Source: the human T2T-CHM13v2.0 reference genome, Homo sapiens
DNA: 64,000 bases
Assembly: GCF_009914755.1 (NCBI RefSeq)
Contig: NC_060933.1
Reading direction: 5' to 3' (one strand)
Shown: one piece after another, positions 1 through 13,554 of the stretch
Numbering within the stretch: position 1 is the stretch's first letter
How the letters are laid out: every line of letters starts with the position of its first letter
The notes under the pieces: model-generated
Databases searched by the model: none
Told to the model about the DNA's origin: nothing
The model's input: only the letters and a program-made list of their open reading frames with translations
Position numbers and translations under genes: made by a program

Positions 1-1179
1 TGTCGATGCTATAATAAAACGGATCTCTTCAAGGCTTAAAAAAAGTCTATGAAGAACATTCTTATCTAATTTTGAATTTTAATGAATAGTTATAACGATG
101 AGTAATTAATTTCGATATTTATAGAAAATGAAATGCATTTTTTTCCTTTAAGAAAATCTAGCACTTTAGGAACAACAAATTCTTGGAGAAAAAATTTTTG
201 ATGAGATCATTAAAGTTGGAAGCATTGTACCTACATAGCCATAACAAGCAAAGCAAATGAATGGGCACCAAATGGCATCTTTCTCCCCGTGCCCAACTCT
301 TTCTGAGCATGTCAATTTCTCTGATATGTAAGAAACTGCCAGAGAAGAGTATCAGGGAGAGTTAAGCACAAGTTTCCCGGTAGCTAGGGCACAAAGAAAA
401 CCACACAGTATGTCTATGTTACAAGCAAAGAAAAGCTAATGTACTAAATCCAGAAGAAATTTATCATGTAATTTTTCATAATAGATTTTAGGTAATGTAA
501 GGCACAACTTCCTCAGCAACGCTATTTGCAAAAAAATGCAAAATCATCGTTCCAGTGGAAAATTCCTGTATTGATTCTGATAAAGGCTCAAAGCATAATA
601 CTAAATTTCTAACTCAGTGAGAGCATTTTTATCAGGAACAGAGGTAATCCAGTCCAGATATGTTGCTTCCTGATACAATAACAAATTTCTTGAATAGAGA
701 TTAGAGAAGAGATATGGAAAGATGGCTTGTCCATTAAATTGTCTCTCTCCGATATTATATGTCTTAGGTGAGCCTTTGTCAAGCACATGGTTATGAGTCA
801 CTTCAGGATTGAATTCGCTGACAAGTGCCTGAAGTGCCAATAGTCTATGCTGTTGATTATCCATATGCTTTAAACACCAGATGTGCAGGAAGTGAAGCTG
901 ACATTCTGTTGTCAAATTTTTAAGAACCTGACTTGTATTCTTGCCATTCTATTTCTGCACACAGATAAGCTGCAGGGGTTCCTGCAGGTGATACAGTATT
1001 TCCTCCAAAATGGAATTTGAATCCACTCACATACTTAGACAAACGCTCTTTTGAGGATCCTGAATTTTTTACTATATTACAGAAGATGATTTGGTCTGAG
1101 ACCTTTCTTAGGGAAGGTATACAGTCAACTTTTTCAATTATTTTTTAAAATAAAAACAACAAAACAAAACACCCTCAAT

Positions 1180-1385
1180 CAGCCTGGGCAACATGGTGAG
1201 ATGGATCTCTACAAAAAAAATTAAAAATTTAGCCAGGCATGGTGGTACATGCCTGTAGTCCCAGCTACATGGGAGGCTGAGGCAGGAGGAGCACTCAAGC
1301 CCAGGAGGTCGGGGCTGCAGTGAGCCATGATCAATGTACTCCAGCTGAGCAACAAAACGAGAACCTGTCTCAAAAAAAAAAAAAA
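1180..1385 (+). mobile_element. Alu, 5'-truncated, AluJ-like
   Basis: Alu linker, right arm and poly(A) tail. Confidence 0.9.
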
Positions 1386-1624
1386 TCCACCCTGATTATG
1401 ACCCCAGTTGAAGTAATACCTGGTATGCCTGTCAGAATGAGTTAGCTAGGGTGAAAAAAATGCTCCTATGGACCAGAATGAGTTGACTTCTTGGTTAAGG
1501 TTATCTGATATTATCAACTTAAATGTTGGAGAGCGTTTGCCAAAAGCAGCAATTTTAGCTCTGATACAGTTGATGCTAAGCTACTCTAACAATAATTAGT
1601 CAGCAGGTTCAGCTGCTCCTTTTA

Positions 1625-1860
1625 TAGTATTGTTTATTACAAAACATTATAAAAACATTAGCAAAATTCAAAATAAAATAAATGAAAATCCACCCAAAAT
1701 TCTGCCATCCTACAAACCAAACTGTTTACATTTTTTCATGCTCCCTTTCAGTCCCTGTCCATATGCAGACAGAATTTTTATAGTTGCAATCATAGCACAG
1801 ATACAATTTTGTATTCAGGTTTGTCTCAATTAGAGTTTTTAAAGCATTTTTATAGTCTAC
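1625..1860 (-). mobile_element. Old L1 (L1ME/MC-type) 3' fragment
   Basis: Resembles antisense L1M 3' UTR. Confidence 0.5.
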
Positions 1861-2374
1861 TCCATCATCTTTGTTTCTACTACTAGGAATGCTTTACCCC
1901 ATCGTCCTTAGTGACCTTCCATGCAATCCAAACTGGTGAGGAAGGTTTATAAAGAATAATAATCAACATGACTAGAAAAAAAGGGTTATTTTTAAATTCC
2001 CTCTTTAAGGGACAGGGTCCCTAGATTTAAATTTGTGTGGAAAGGATTTCTCTTACCCTTTGTTCCCCTAACTGAAACCTTTATGAAAATAGTCAATTTC
2101 CCCACCATCAGGCATGTTTCTGTTATCTTAAAAAAGAGTTTTTGCAGGTATTTCCACTTTACCTGGTTTGTTTTGAAGACCTGCTTAGTATTTAGGACAT
2201 AAGCATATAGAGACATCTTTTCCTCCATCTGCTATAAAAGATTTGTATAACTTGGAATTTACAAAGTGTGGATACTAGACACCGAATCCATATGATTGCG
2301 AAGTGGCATGCTCAGCTGTCAAAATGTTGGGTACCTGGATGCATCATTTTCCATTTTAGTTTGGACTTCTTTAG

Positions 2375-2515
2375 TCACTGGCTTCCACACTAGACTGCAC
2401 AGCGGACTCATCTGGAGGGGAGCTGGTAAAAACACAGATCCCAGGACCCATCCTTGACCTTGTGAAGCAGAATCTCTGGGATTCATCTAGAGACTAATGT
2501 TTGGTAACCATTGTA
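2375..2515. mobile_element. MER5-type hAT MITE
   Basis: ctgcac..catctggaggg..gaatctctggg..accattg pattern. Confidence 0.55.
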
Positions 2516-3053
2516 CATCACAAAATGTCAGAGATCTCTCTTTCTTGATAATACGTCTGATTTGTATGGGTTGTGGATTTTTACAGGGAGGGAAGGGAAA
2601 AGAACTGTAAGGATTGGAGAAGGGACAGTAACATGGAAGAAGCAAATGGCCTATATAAACTTTGTTGAAAATTTTTTGAGCTAGGTAGGTCTGAAACGTA
2701 AATCACCTGTACCAATAATCCTGGCAAGCCTCATGAAGTCAATAGGCTCAGATGTTTCGATGAGCCAACCAACCTAACCTCAATCCTCTATACACAACCC
2801 TGGAAACCCAAGGGGCCATGGCCACAAAGGAAGAGGATGTCTGATGGTGATAATGTTGGAGTAGTATGTATCAAAAAAAACCTTTTTAATCATAATGCTT
2901 TGACTCTTGAAAGCTTTCACTTTTAATTCTTATTAAAAGTGATGTTATTATAATGTTCTATATTTGGATTTTTACAAGCATGGATTCATGTATTAATTGG
3001 GTAATTTTTTTAAAAAAATTGAAGAGTGGGTTATACCCTTATGTGTATAAGGG

Positions 3054-3393
3054 TATTGCCATTTTGGGTCCGATAATTCTTTGTTGTATGGACTGTCCTG
3101 TGCACTGTAAGATGTTTAGCAGCATCCTTGGCCTCTGCTTACTAGATACTAATGGTATTCCCTTCGTCCAGTTATGACAAACAAAAAACAATTGCCATTT
3201 TGAAGTATCAGAAGTTTTTTTGTTTGGAGGTTTTGTCCTTTTGGTTGACGTAACTGGAAGAAGAGAATACCATTGGTATCTAGTGGGCAGAGGCCAAGGA
3301 TGCTGCTAAACATCCTACAATGCACAGGACAGTCCACACAACAGAGAATTATCGGACCCAAAAGGGCAATAGCGCCAAGGTTGAGGCACCCCT
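3054..3393. mobile_element. MER20, two partial copies forming an inverted repeat (3054-3186 / 3239-3371)
   Basis: MER20 core gataattctttgttg..ctgtcctgtgca.tgta.gatgtttagcagcatcc is present on both strands; ORFs 2953..3177(+) and 3149..3409(-) encode near-identical peptides. Confidence 0.9.
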
Positions 3394-3409
3394 TTGCAAC
3401 ATGAAACAA

Positions 3410-3985
3410 TGAGCAGCAGATAGGAGCTAACCTGATGAACCTGGGAGGCTTGTAAAAGCCAGATCATGGGAGGCCTTGGATTTTATACCAAGAAGCTTGG
3501 ACTTTTTTTTACTGTGGATGATGAAGAGCCATGGAAAGGAAATTACATGATAAAATTTGGGTTTTAAAGATACATTTTCACTCTGAAGGTACTCTGAAGG
3601 GTACATCAGAGGAGGCCATGATTGGAGGCAGAAAAAGCCCTTGGGATACTGTTACAAAGCCCAGAGAGAAATGTGAGGGCCTAAGCTAAAATAGCACAAG
3701 AAGAGATCAAGGGAGAGAACAAAGTCAATACATATTTAGGATGTAAAAGTCAGAAGATGTTGGGAATTGCCTGGCTATGGGAAGGGCAGGGAGGATTGTG
3801 AGATAACTCCCAGGTTTCTCTCTCAGATTATTGGATAGATGATGGTTGGAGTTACTGAATACAGGAAGAGATGCATGGAAAAAACATAATGTATCTAGAT
3901 AACAGTGCACAAAGGTCTCAGCTATTCTTTGGGGGAGATAAGATAGGTAAAAGAATCCACTCATTCAACAAACATTTTAATAGCA
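3410..3985 (+). mobile_element. L2 fragment(s)
   Basis: Purine-rich L2 3' region; L2 terminal motif tcattcaacaaacattt at ~3961. Confidence 0.65.
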
Positions 3986-5904
3986 ATTGTCAGCAGGGAA
4001 TTGTTTACACTTAAAGCTAGCGAGTTCCATTTGCAAGCAAACTATTAGATTGAGACTTCATCTTTCAATTTAAGAAGAAATTTGGTATTATTTTGAGCGG
4101 GGTATCTAAGAGCCTTAATGGTTCTATAATTTCAGGAGATGGAGGGTTTCCCTTTTTGAATCTGGAGTCAACCACACTTAGAATTCATCTTGAGAGAAAT
4201 ATACCTGTGGCATTAACTAAGGTAAATAGGTTGGCAAGGACTTCAGCCAACCACTCAAGCAAGATTAAAATAATTCTGGCAAGAGAGATTTTCTTCTGGA
4301 GCTCTTGTCAGTATTGAAAGATTGGATTTTTTGGGGGGGAAGTTGATGAAAATGTTGGGTTCCAGCTATGGAGACTACTGGAAACAACAAAATGCAGAGA
4401 GGTAAAGTAGAAATTGAGATAATTTGTTTAGTAATCAATCCATACATGTGTTTCTGAATTTCCATGTACTGAACTGATACAGATTTGGGGACAAGGAAGA
4501 TAAGTCCCCAAATCTGCACTGTTAGTGTCCCTGCAGTGGAGCCCAAAACATACCAGGATCTTTTGATGTAATTTAATTTTTGGAAAGGATATGATGTTTT
4601 TAAACAATTACAACTTAATGAGACTTTAGATGACTTGAGCACAATTATATTTGAGGTAATAGCTTAATAATATGGCCTATAATTTTTTTAACTTATTTTT
4701 ATTTTTTGATTTCTGATCTCTTTTATGAACAAGAAATAAAAGAGGTAGTTCTTGAATAGTCCCATGACATAATAGTGTAACCACAATTTGTTAATACTAC
4801 AAATAGTTATTAGCAAGCCTTCCAAAGTAAACTATGTGCTATACGTTCCTCTTTTTTGACCCTTATCTTATTAGTAGGCTTAATACGCTCTTTGTATGTC
4901 ATAAATATATTTGTTCATTTCACTTTAACCTTATCTCTAAAATCTCACTGATTGAGTAATGTATAGGGACAGACATAAGGGCCACTTTGAAAGTTCAGAT
5001 TAAGTTTAAGGGGAAAATATTTACTTTCAACCAGTCTAAAATATCCAACTTAAAGATGTAGATAAGCTCCAAAGAACTAATTCTTCAATCATCAATAATG
5101 CTGCCTCTGGTTAGAAATGTAAGTGAAAGGCCACAGATTTATCCCACAGCCTGCCATTTACCATTATTGGACTATGATTATAAATGAGTTTGACCAGATA
5201 TTTTCCTCTTTGCTTCAGACAGTTATTCCTGGAAAAGTGCCTTAAAAGGAAGAATCTGACAATTGCAGGTTTCTGATGGATGTAGCTCTGGTGGAACCGC
5301 TGCCAATCCAGGCATTCAAGTCCCCTGAAATTATGTCAGCTAATGAATACTTAGAAAACATAAAGTTCAGAAGGCTGTCAAATTATCGTACAATTTGAAG
5401 TATCAGTATGCATGTGGTAGGAAAAACGTATATGTTAAAGCCCAGATCAGCTTTGCCAAGAGCTGGATTCATCTATAAATTCTATAAAGTCTATAGATGT
5501 GATTTTTATTCACTCAGGAAGTGCCACCTATGTGCTGGCCAACATGTGAGAGGTTTTCACAATGTATTTCCATTAATCTATACATATAAACAGTCCTTTT
5601 AAATAGTCGTTGTGGTCTCTCCTTTAGAAAGGAAGAAGAACAGCAAGAGTCCAGAGTCATCTTTCTAATAATTGTTAGAGCCAGGATTTAATCCAGGTCT
5701 TCTGACAATAAATCTATCTTTTTGTCATTATACTGTTCTATCTCCTGCAACTCCAGTTTCAGGAAATCAAGCTTAGCAGGTCAACCTGAGTTCACTATTT
5801 TCCTTCTCAATTTAGCTCCTTCTATTGGAAACCTACGAGCCCTCTGTCTTCTCCCCTCATGACCAAGCAATTGTCAAATCCTATCAATCCTACCCTCAAA
5901 ACCC

Positions 5905-6066
5905 TTGTCAGTGTGGTGTGTGGTCCAGTATCATTGGTACCACCTGCATCTTCTTATAAAGTCAGCATCTCAGGCCCTACCCAGACCTACTGAACCTGAA
6001 TCTGCATTTTCACAAGATCCTTAGGTGATTTATGGGCACATTGAAGGTTGAAAAGCACATCTCTAG
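5905..6066. mobile_element. MER5A
   Basis: ctcaggccctacccagacctactgaa..gaatctgcatttt.acaagatcc..aggtgatt. Confidence 0.8.
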
Positions 6067-6475
6067 TCTAAGCCCTCTCTGTCCCTGCTGCCACAATTAT
6101 TCATCAGGCTCCTTATGTCTCTGAACAGAAGTGTTTATTAATCCCCTAACTAGTCTGCCCCACTTTTATTCTCTCCTCAATCCTTCACCACCCAATTCCT
6201 ATTCGTACAATTCCCATTTATAAACCACCAACAGATCAATTCCTCTAAAGAAAAGATTAAGCTACTCTCTGCAACCCCCAGCCCCATCCCACCACCCACC
6301 CCACCCCTCACACCCATCTCAAAACCCTCCACTGGCTCCTCAGTGCCTATGGAAAAAAAAAAATCATAATAGTTAAAAAGTACATACTTTGTGCCACATA
6401 TTTTATAAGCACCTCATGTGAACTCATTTACTCCTCACATCAACCTTGTGAAATTAGTACCATTATTATCTTCAT

Positions 6476-6781
6476 TTTATTTTTATTTTATTTTTTAGGA
6501 GACAGGGTCTTGCCTTCTTGCCCAGGCTGGAGTGCAGTGTCACGATCCCAGCTTACTGCAGCCTTGACTTCCTAAGCTCAAGCAATCCTCCCGCCTCAGC
6601 CTCTCAAGTAGCTGGGACTACAGGCATGTGCCACCACGCCTGGCTAATTTTTATATTTTTTGTAGAGATGGGGTTTCATCATGTTGCCAAACTGTTCTTG
6701 AATTCCTGGCTCAAGCGATCTTCCTGCCTCGTTCAGTCTCCCAAAGTACTGGGATTACAGGCATGAGCCACCTGCCCAGCC
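6476..6781 (-). mobile_element. AluJ-like element inside a MIR (MIR ~6365-6870)
   Basis: Full antisense Alu; the MIR core cattttaaagatgagaaaactga resumes after it. Confidence 0.9.
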
Positions 6782-7699
6782 TCCATTTTAAAGATGAGAA
6801 AACTGAAACTGGGGGAGGTTAAATAAGTTGTCTAAGGTCCTTTAGACAGTAAATGCTGGAACCAGGATTAAGTCTCCAGCAAACTCCTTGTGGGGGCAGG
6901 GTAGAGGAGGGGGCGTGAGGCTGATCTTCATATTTACATGAAAAAGGAAGAGGAGGTCTTAGTCAAAGCCCCCTACCCCACTTTTTGCCAGGAATTTTGC
7001 CAAGCAATTCCACTTGAGTATACCATTTTCATCTTACACCAAGCCTGCAGCAAGGTTTTGATGTTACCGCTCCCATTTTCACAGATGAAACTAAGAATTA
7101 GAGAAAATTGAACCAAAGTTCAGTTAACTTCAAGACAATATACTTTCTCCTATATAGCACTACTGTTCCCCCCACTTAGGAAGTGTCTGCTTCATCTCTG
7201 AATGCCCTAATTTTACTATCTTTTAAGACCAGTACAAGTCTTATGCACAAAATTTTACCTTTTCCTCCAATTTAGAAGTAATCTTTCCCACCTCTGAAAT
7301 ATTAATAGCTCTTACCCCCATTTTTCTTTTGGCATTACTTTATATTTTTATAGCTACTTTTACATATGTACACATATGTAGATGTATGAAAAATTTTGGA
7401 ATACTAGATCCTACTTCCTCTCAGTAACAGTGGTTATTGTTCCTGAATTTTTAGAAAATTCTAGAAAATTATTCTAGAAAGAAAAGTAAAATTAGAGCCA
7501 TGATATTAAGAAAATGTAGTATGAACTCATGAACAGGAAAAAATTATAAGTGTAATTGAGAGTTGAAGAAAGAATTATCCTTGATAAGAATGAATTTGAG
7601 AAACAATAAAAATTAACATTTACTATCTAAATGTTTCCCATAAAATCAAGCAAAACCCTGTTATGGGTTGATTTCCATGCAAAATGTTTTCTGAGTTTT

Positions 7700-8450
7700 C
7701 TACTAGCTCATCAGTTATTTTCTGTCACTTTATTTACATATTTCATTCTATTTTATTTTTCCTGACAACCATTATCTGTTATAAACATTCCTTTTAGATG
7801 GCTCCATTCTGATAATAGTTCCAAAATTACCTTGATGTAAGTCCAGCCTTTTCTTACTACCTGGCATATACCATCCCCACAAATAGCCCACTTTATATTA
7901 AATGGAAAATACAGGGAGAGAAGAAGACTTGGCTTAAATATCTTTTTGAGGACTCCTATTGTGATAATTTCTGTAACATTAATAACTTTCTGGCAAATGT
8001 GTTTAGATGTGTAACAGCAGCATTATTTCTCCAAGGCCTACGTTTACATATTATATTATCCACCAAATAATAAAATGTATACTTTTTGCTCTTCATCATC
8101 TATGAATTACTACTGATCCCAGTAAAGAGCTTTATATTCTATAACTGAAAACAATCTTATAACTCAATAAATATTGTCTTATTGGCAGCAACCAAAAAAG
8201 CTTTCATTTCCTCTTTCACTGATGCTGACTCCCACATCTAAATAAAGGTCAGATTATTCCAGTAATTCTTTTCTTTTTTAAATGTGCTTCAAAAAAAGCA
8301 GAGTTCTGGAGTATATTTCCAAAAGCATTTTAAGATTCACTTGAAGAGGGGGATAGAGGATGCAGCTTTCAACCTGAATCCTTTCTAGGTAGAGCATCTC
8401 ACACTGGTTTCCATGGAATTCCCTTTAGGACAAACTATAAGATCTTTATT
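7700..8450 (-). mobile_element. Highly decayed non-LTR RT fragment (CR1/L2 group)
   Basis: Minus strand reads LHPLSPSS..NAFGNILQN..EAHLKKKRI..FRCG, then FIEL*D.F..IEYKALY, then TEIITIGV(P)Q..LLLSLYF, in the order of RT domains 1-4. Confidence 0.45.
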
Positions 8451-8589
8451 TTAAGTCAAAGGAATACCCAAAAAGCCAAAACCAAACTTTAGATATATTA
8501 CAGGGTTTTCTTGTTTGTTTGTTTTCTATTCTGTTCCAAAGAGAATTGGAATTACGTAGAAGTATACATGCAGCCTTGTATACTTGGAG

Positions 8590-8732
8590 TTTATATAATT
8601 TAACAATACTAGAATATACGTCTCATGAGGGGAAGCACCTTCACTGTTTTGTTCACTGTAGATTTTCTAGCACCTGGCACAGTCTCTAGCATATAATCTG
8701 TGCCTAATAAATTCTTGCTGAATAAATAAATA
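8590..8732 (+). mobile_element. L2a 3' end
   Basis: ttttgttcactg..ctagcacctggcacagt..aataaa..gaataaataaat. Confidence 0.75.
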
Positions 8733-8782
8733 AACTCCCCTAATTTCACAGATGCAAAAACTGGAAGCCAAAGCAGTTGAAT

Positions 8783-9354
8783 TGTCAGAGGTGTGTAAAC
8801 CGGCACAACTCCATCTTGAATAGGAGCAGGGTAAAATAAGGCTGAGACCTACTGGGCTGCATTCTCAGATGGTTAAGGCATTCTAAGTCACAGGATGAGA
8901 TAGGAGGTCAGCACAAGACACAGGTCATAAAGACCTTACTGTTGAAACAGGTTGCAGTAAAGAAGCCGGCCAAAAGACACCAAAACCAATATGGCCACAT
9001 ATGTACACACAGGTACACGTATGAATACTGGTCGTCCTCACTGTTACACTCTCACCAGCGCCATGACAGTTTACAAATGCCACAGCAATGTCAGAAAGTT
9101 ACCCTATATGATCTAAAAAGGGGAGGCATGAATAATCCGCCCCTTGTTTAGCATATCATCAAGAAACAACCAGAAAAATGGGCAACCAGCAGCACTTGGG
9201 GCTGTTCTCTCTATGGAGTAGCCATTCTTTTATTCTTTTACTTTCCTAATAAACTTGCTTTCACTTTACTCTATGGACTCGCCCTGAATTCTTTCTTGAG
9301 TGAGATCCAAGAACCCTCTCTGGGGGTCTGGATCGGGACCCCTTTCCTGTAACA
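8783..9354 (+). mobile_element. MER41A solo LTR (ERV1), inserted in a MIR
   Basis: TGTCAGAGG...CCTGTAACA termini; 4-bp TSD GAAT (8779-8782 / 9355-9358); AATAAA at ~9248. Confidence 0.9.
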
Positions 9355-10534
9355 GAATGAGCTAACCAAAGCCATGCAGTGACTTTGTAGCCATCCTGGC
9401 ACTAGAACTTCAGTCTACTATCTCTTACTTGGTGTCATTTCTGCTGATTTCAACATAAGCAAATGCAGGTGTTGGGGTGGGAAGAGAAGTGAATGAAAAG
9501 GGAAAATGAGATAGAAACCTGGAGACTGTTTTCAAACAACCCATCAGAAATCACGCAACGAAAAATGAAGTTATATATAAGATTGAGAAGGGAGTACTTC
9601 AGAAAAAAATTTTTTAAGTAAAAACTCTTCCAAGAATAAACAAAAACTTCACCTGTTTGATGTCCAAAACAACAATTACAGGATTAAAAAAAATCAGTTT
9701 TTAATAATAGAAAATTAGCCCGTATAAGGAAAACAATGAGGTCCACAAAACATAGCAGTTTAGTCATAAATTGAAAACTAGACCAAATGTCATTTGAGAA
9801 ATACTTTGAAAAGGACCCCAAAAGCAATAAATCACTTTTTATAACATATTTTTTAAAAACAAAGTGGGCCGAATAATCTGAATAACAATTAAATGATAAG
9901 GATCTACAAGAGGTATGCTCAGGGAGATCTGATAGCAAATTGGGTAAATTAACCATTTCTCTTGGTCTTCATGGGGAAAAAAATTACTACAGGGGAGATT
10001 CATGCATCATGAGTTTCTTTTGAAACATACAAGTCAGGCCTTCTATATTAAGCAATGGTAAATGCCCATGAGTAAGCAGGAAAGAGGCAAAGAGGTTTTA
10101 ATGTGTGTAAAGCACATATTTATGCAATTGAGGGAAAAAAATATCCTCAAGTTCATATTAAGACACTGTGTCAATGCAGGGAAAGGACATGGATATTTCT
10201 TGGAGGACACTGCCTCAACATACTACAGCCAAAAAAAAAATCAATTAAAATGCTACTAAGCAGATTCAAGTAGAATATTGAAAAACAGGCAGAAATATTG
10301 CCCACTTCTATTTAAAACTGTAGTTGATCCATGCTGGAAGAAAACATACATTTCTGACTACTGATGTTAAGAATAATATAATAGAACCTGACTAGAAACG
10401 GAAAAAAAAAAAAAAAGGAAGGCCTAAAATAGCCAAGGAGATTATGGAACTCAAGACACAGTTTATGTGCTTGAGAGCTGTACTTAAGCTAGAAGTTACA
10501 CAATCCCTTTAGGCAGCATATCTCAGTATGTGAA

Positions 10535-10735
10535 GATGGCTGCCATTTTACTAAGCACTTAATCATGGACCAAGCATTGTGCTAATCACTTTATATTCAT
10601 TATCTCATTTAAACTTCAAAATAATGTGAGGATGTAGGTATTATTATCACCCCTTTACAGATAAAGACACTGAGGTTGTAGATAGGTTAAGTAATTTGTC
10701 CTATTTCGCAAAGCAACTAAAAGCCTGAATATGAC
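10535..10735 (-). mobile_element. MIR
   Basis: MIR core ctttacagataaagacactgagg..aggttaagtaattt. Confidence 0.75.
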
Positions 10736-11234
10736 TTAATGCTAACCAAACTTCCAGGTAAAGATTTTACACAACATGTTACACTGCCTTCCCCACCCTC
10801 ACTCCTACCCATTAATTGGACTTTTTGCTTCCCCACCATCCCTTGAGTGAGGCTAAACTGGTTTGCCTGCATCTTACCATGATATAACAAATTAAACAAC
10901 TATAATTCTAAATATGTGCAAAAGGGACCATGTTTTATTCAACTTTGTGTCCCCAAAGCCTAGCCATTCCCTAGCACAAGGTAAATGTTCAAACGTTCAA
11001 TAGACATGAATTGAATAAATACAATGCATACTGTACAACACAGTAAACTTCTGACAAGAAACACAGTTGCTTATGGCCGGATACATGGAGCCTGTATTTT
11101 AAAAATTGAATTTCAAGGACTACAACAGACAAAGGTTAGACTTTTCTACAATCAACACATTTCCTGTGACATAAAGGAATGGACGGTGTAGTACTAGTAG
11201 GTATAGAACAGGATCAGTGGATCACAGAAAACCA

Positions 11235-12110
<876 letters not shown>

Positions 12111-12483
12111 TACAAAATCATGATCTAAGAAAAGGATCTAGAACTAGATTAGGATTGGCCTCCCAGCTAAGGAAGTTTCCAAAAATCTAGTATGGGAAGC
12201 TACACCTCCAGGCTTACTCCGTGTAGCGGGAGGGATGCATTACTGGAAAAGGTAGGATCACCGAATCAGCACTGTAGAGGGAGATTACCACGGGAGTCCC
12301 AGGAAGGGGATTTCCTACATTGTAAATTGGCGATTATAGTTTCATTCCCTTCAGAGGCCCTGAAGTTATGACATGCCTATGGACATAATTTCTTATCACA
12401 CAACTAAGATGTTTGTCAATTACTTCCTCCCAGGCTGCAATAATTGATGCATCAGATGCCCTTCATAACAGTGATGAGGATGG

Positions 12484-12792
12484 AGCCAGGCGCCATGGCC
12501 TGTAAGCCCAGCACCTTGGGAAGCCAAGGTAGGAGGATCGCTTGAGCTCAGGATTTCAAGCTAGTAAGTCTTTGTCTCTACAAAAAAAAAAAAATTAATT
12601 AATTTAATTAGCTAATTAGCCGTGCATGGTGGTGCATGCCTGTAATCCCAGCTACTTGGGAGGCTGAGGCAGGACGACTGTTTGAGCCCAACGAGTCAAG
12701 ACTGAAGTGGGCTGTGATTGTGCCACTGCACTCCAGGCTGAGCAATAGCGTGAGACCCTGTCTCAAAAAAAAAAAAAAAAAAAAAAAAAAAA
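12484..12792 (+). mobile_element. AluJ-like, followed by MIR (~12800-13025)
   Basis: Diverged dimeric Alu with long poly(A); MIR core at ~12913. Confidence 0.85.
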
Positions 12793-13554
12793 GATGATGA
12801 CGGTACATGTACTGAGTTCTTACTAAGTATCAGGAGTTGTGCTACGGGCTTTATATGTACTAAATTATTTTATTCTCACAATAACCCTATGAAGTAGATA
12901 CTATGATCATACTCATTTTATGGATGAGGAAAGTGAGGCAAAGAGGTTACTTAACTTGCCGAAGGACACACAACAGTGCCCAGACTGGAACCAGACAGTC
13001 TGCCTGCAGAACCATACTCTCCACTGCCTCTCTTTTGAGAGGATTTCCAACAAGCCTTAATGGGCTGATGGCTTTATTTTTTCATTTATTTCCTTGATCA
13101 GATCACCCACTACAGAAAATTAGCATTTTACACATCCAGCCTAGTACATCTGTGGCTCCTCCAGCACTCCCACGTGCACACCTTTATCAGCCCTTATATG
13201 GATCAAACCAGAGAAATGGGTGGCAAGACCCATTCGCCACCTCTGGCTGCCTAAGCATTTGATAGATCTCAATCTGTTGCACTTACTGACGGACCCTGCA
13301 AAGTCTCTATATTACCATTGTCCTCAGCACTGTAATGTATGTTCATGCATATGTATTTTTGACATAAAAACATTTCTGAGATAATCATCACTATATCAAA
13401 TCAGCACTGTTTGAGGCAGCCCTAAATGAGGTGTACCTACATATTATTTGTAATTTATCATGTGGTGGTCATATAGTTATGTTTAAGCTGGTTGTTTAAT
13501 GAAATGCATTCAGTAATATATAATCAGTTCTCATTATACTTAATTTTGCTATTT

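Larger units (their letters stand above)
190..5480 (-). mobile_element. Ancient non-LTR retrotransposon ORF2 fossil (RTE-X clade, L4-like), fragmented by later insertions
   Basis: Minus-strand translation across frameshifts gives motifs in LINE order: endonuclease IISGDLNAWIG (~5302-5334) and VNGRLWD (~5141-5162); RT KAP..LLPELF..EWLAEVLANLFTLVNATGIF..SVV..FKKGN (~4145-4305); LL(Y)AD..GLQNK (~2170-2240); C-terminal YLDWIT..NALTELEI*YYALSLYQNQYRNFPLER*FC (~540-665). Confidence 0.75.

Noticed and set aside
601-915. 104-aa ORF as a host gene or processed pseudogene
   Set aside because: Non-ATG start, and better explained as the C-terminal part of the RTE-X/L4-like ORF2 fossil
2056-2231. Minus-strand exon-like segment with tag| and |gtaaga
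   Set aside because: It coincides with the RT YADD region of the LINE fossil and has no partner exons
7831-7890. 60-nt in-frame minus-strand exon candidate
   Set aside because: Weak acceptor, lies inside the decayed RT relic, no recognisable protein
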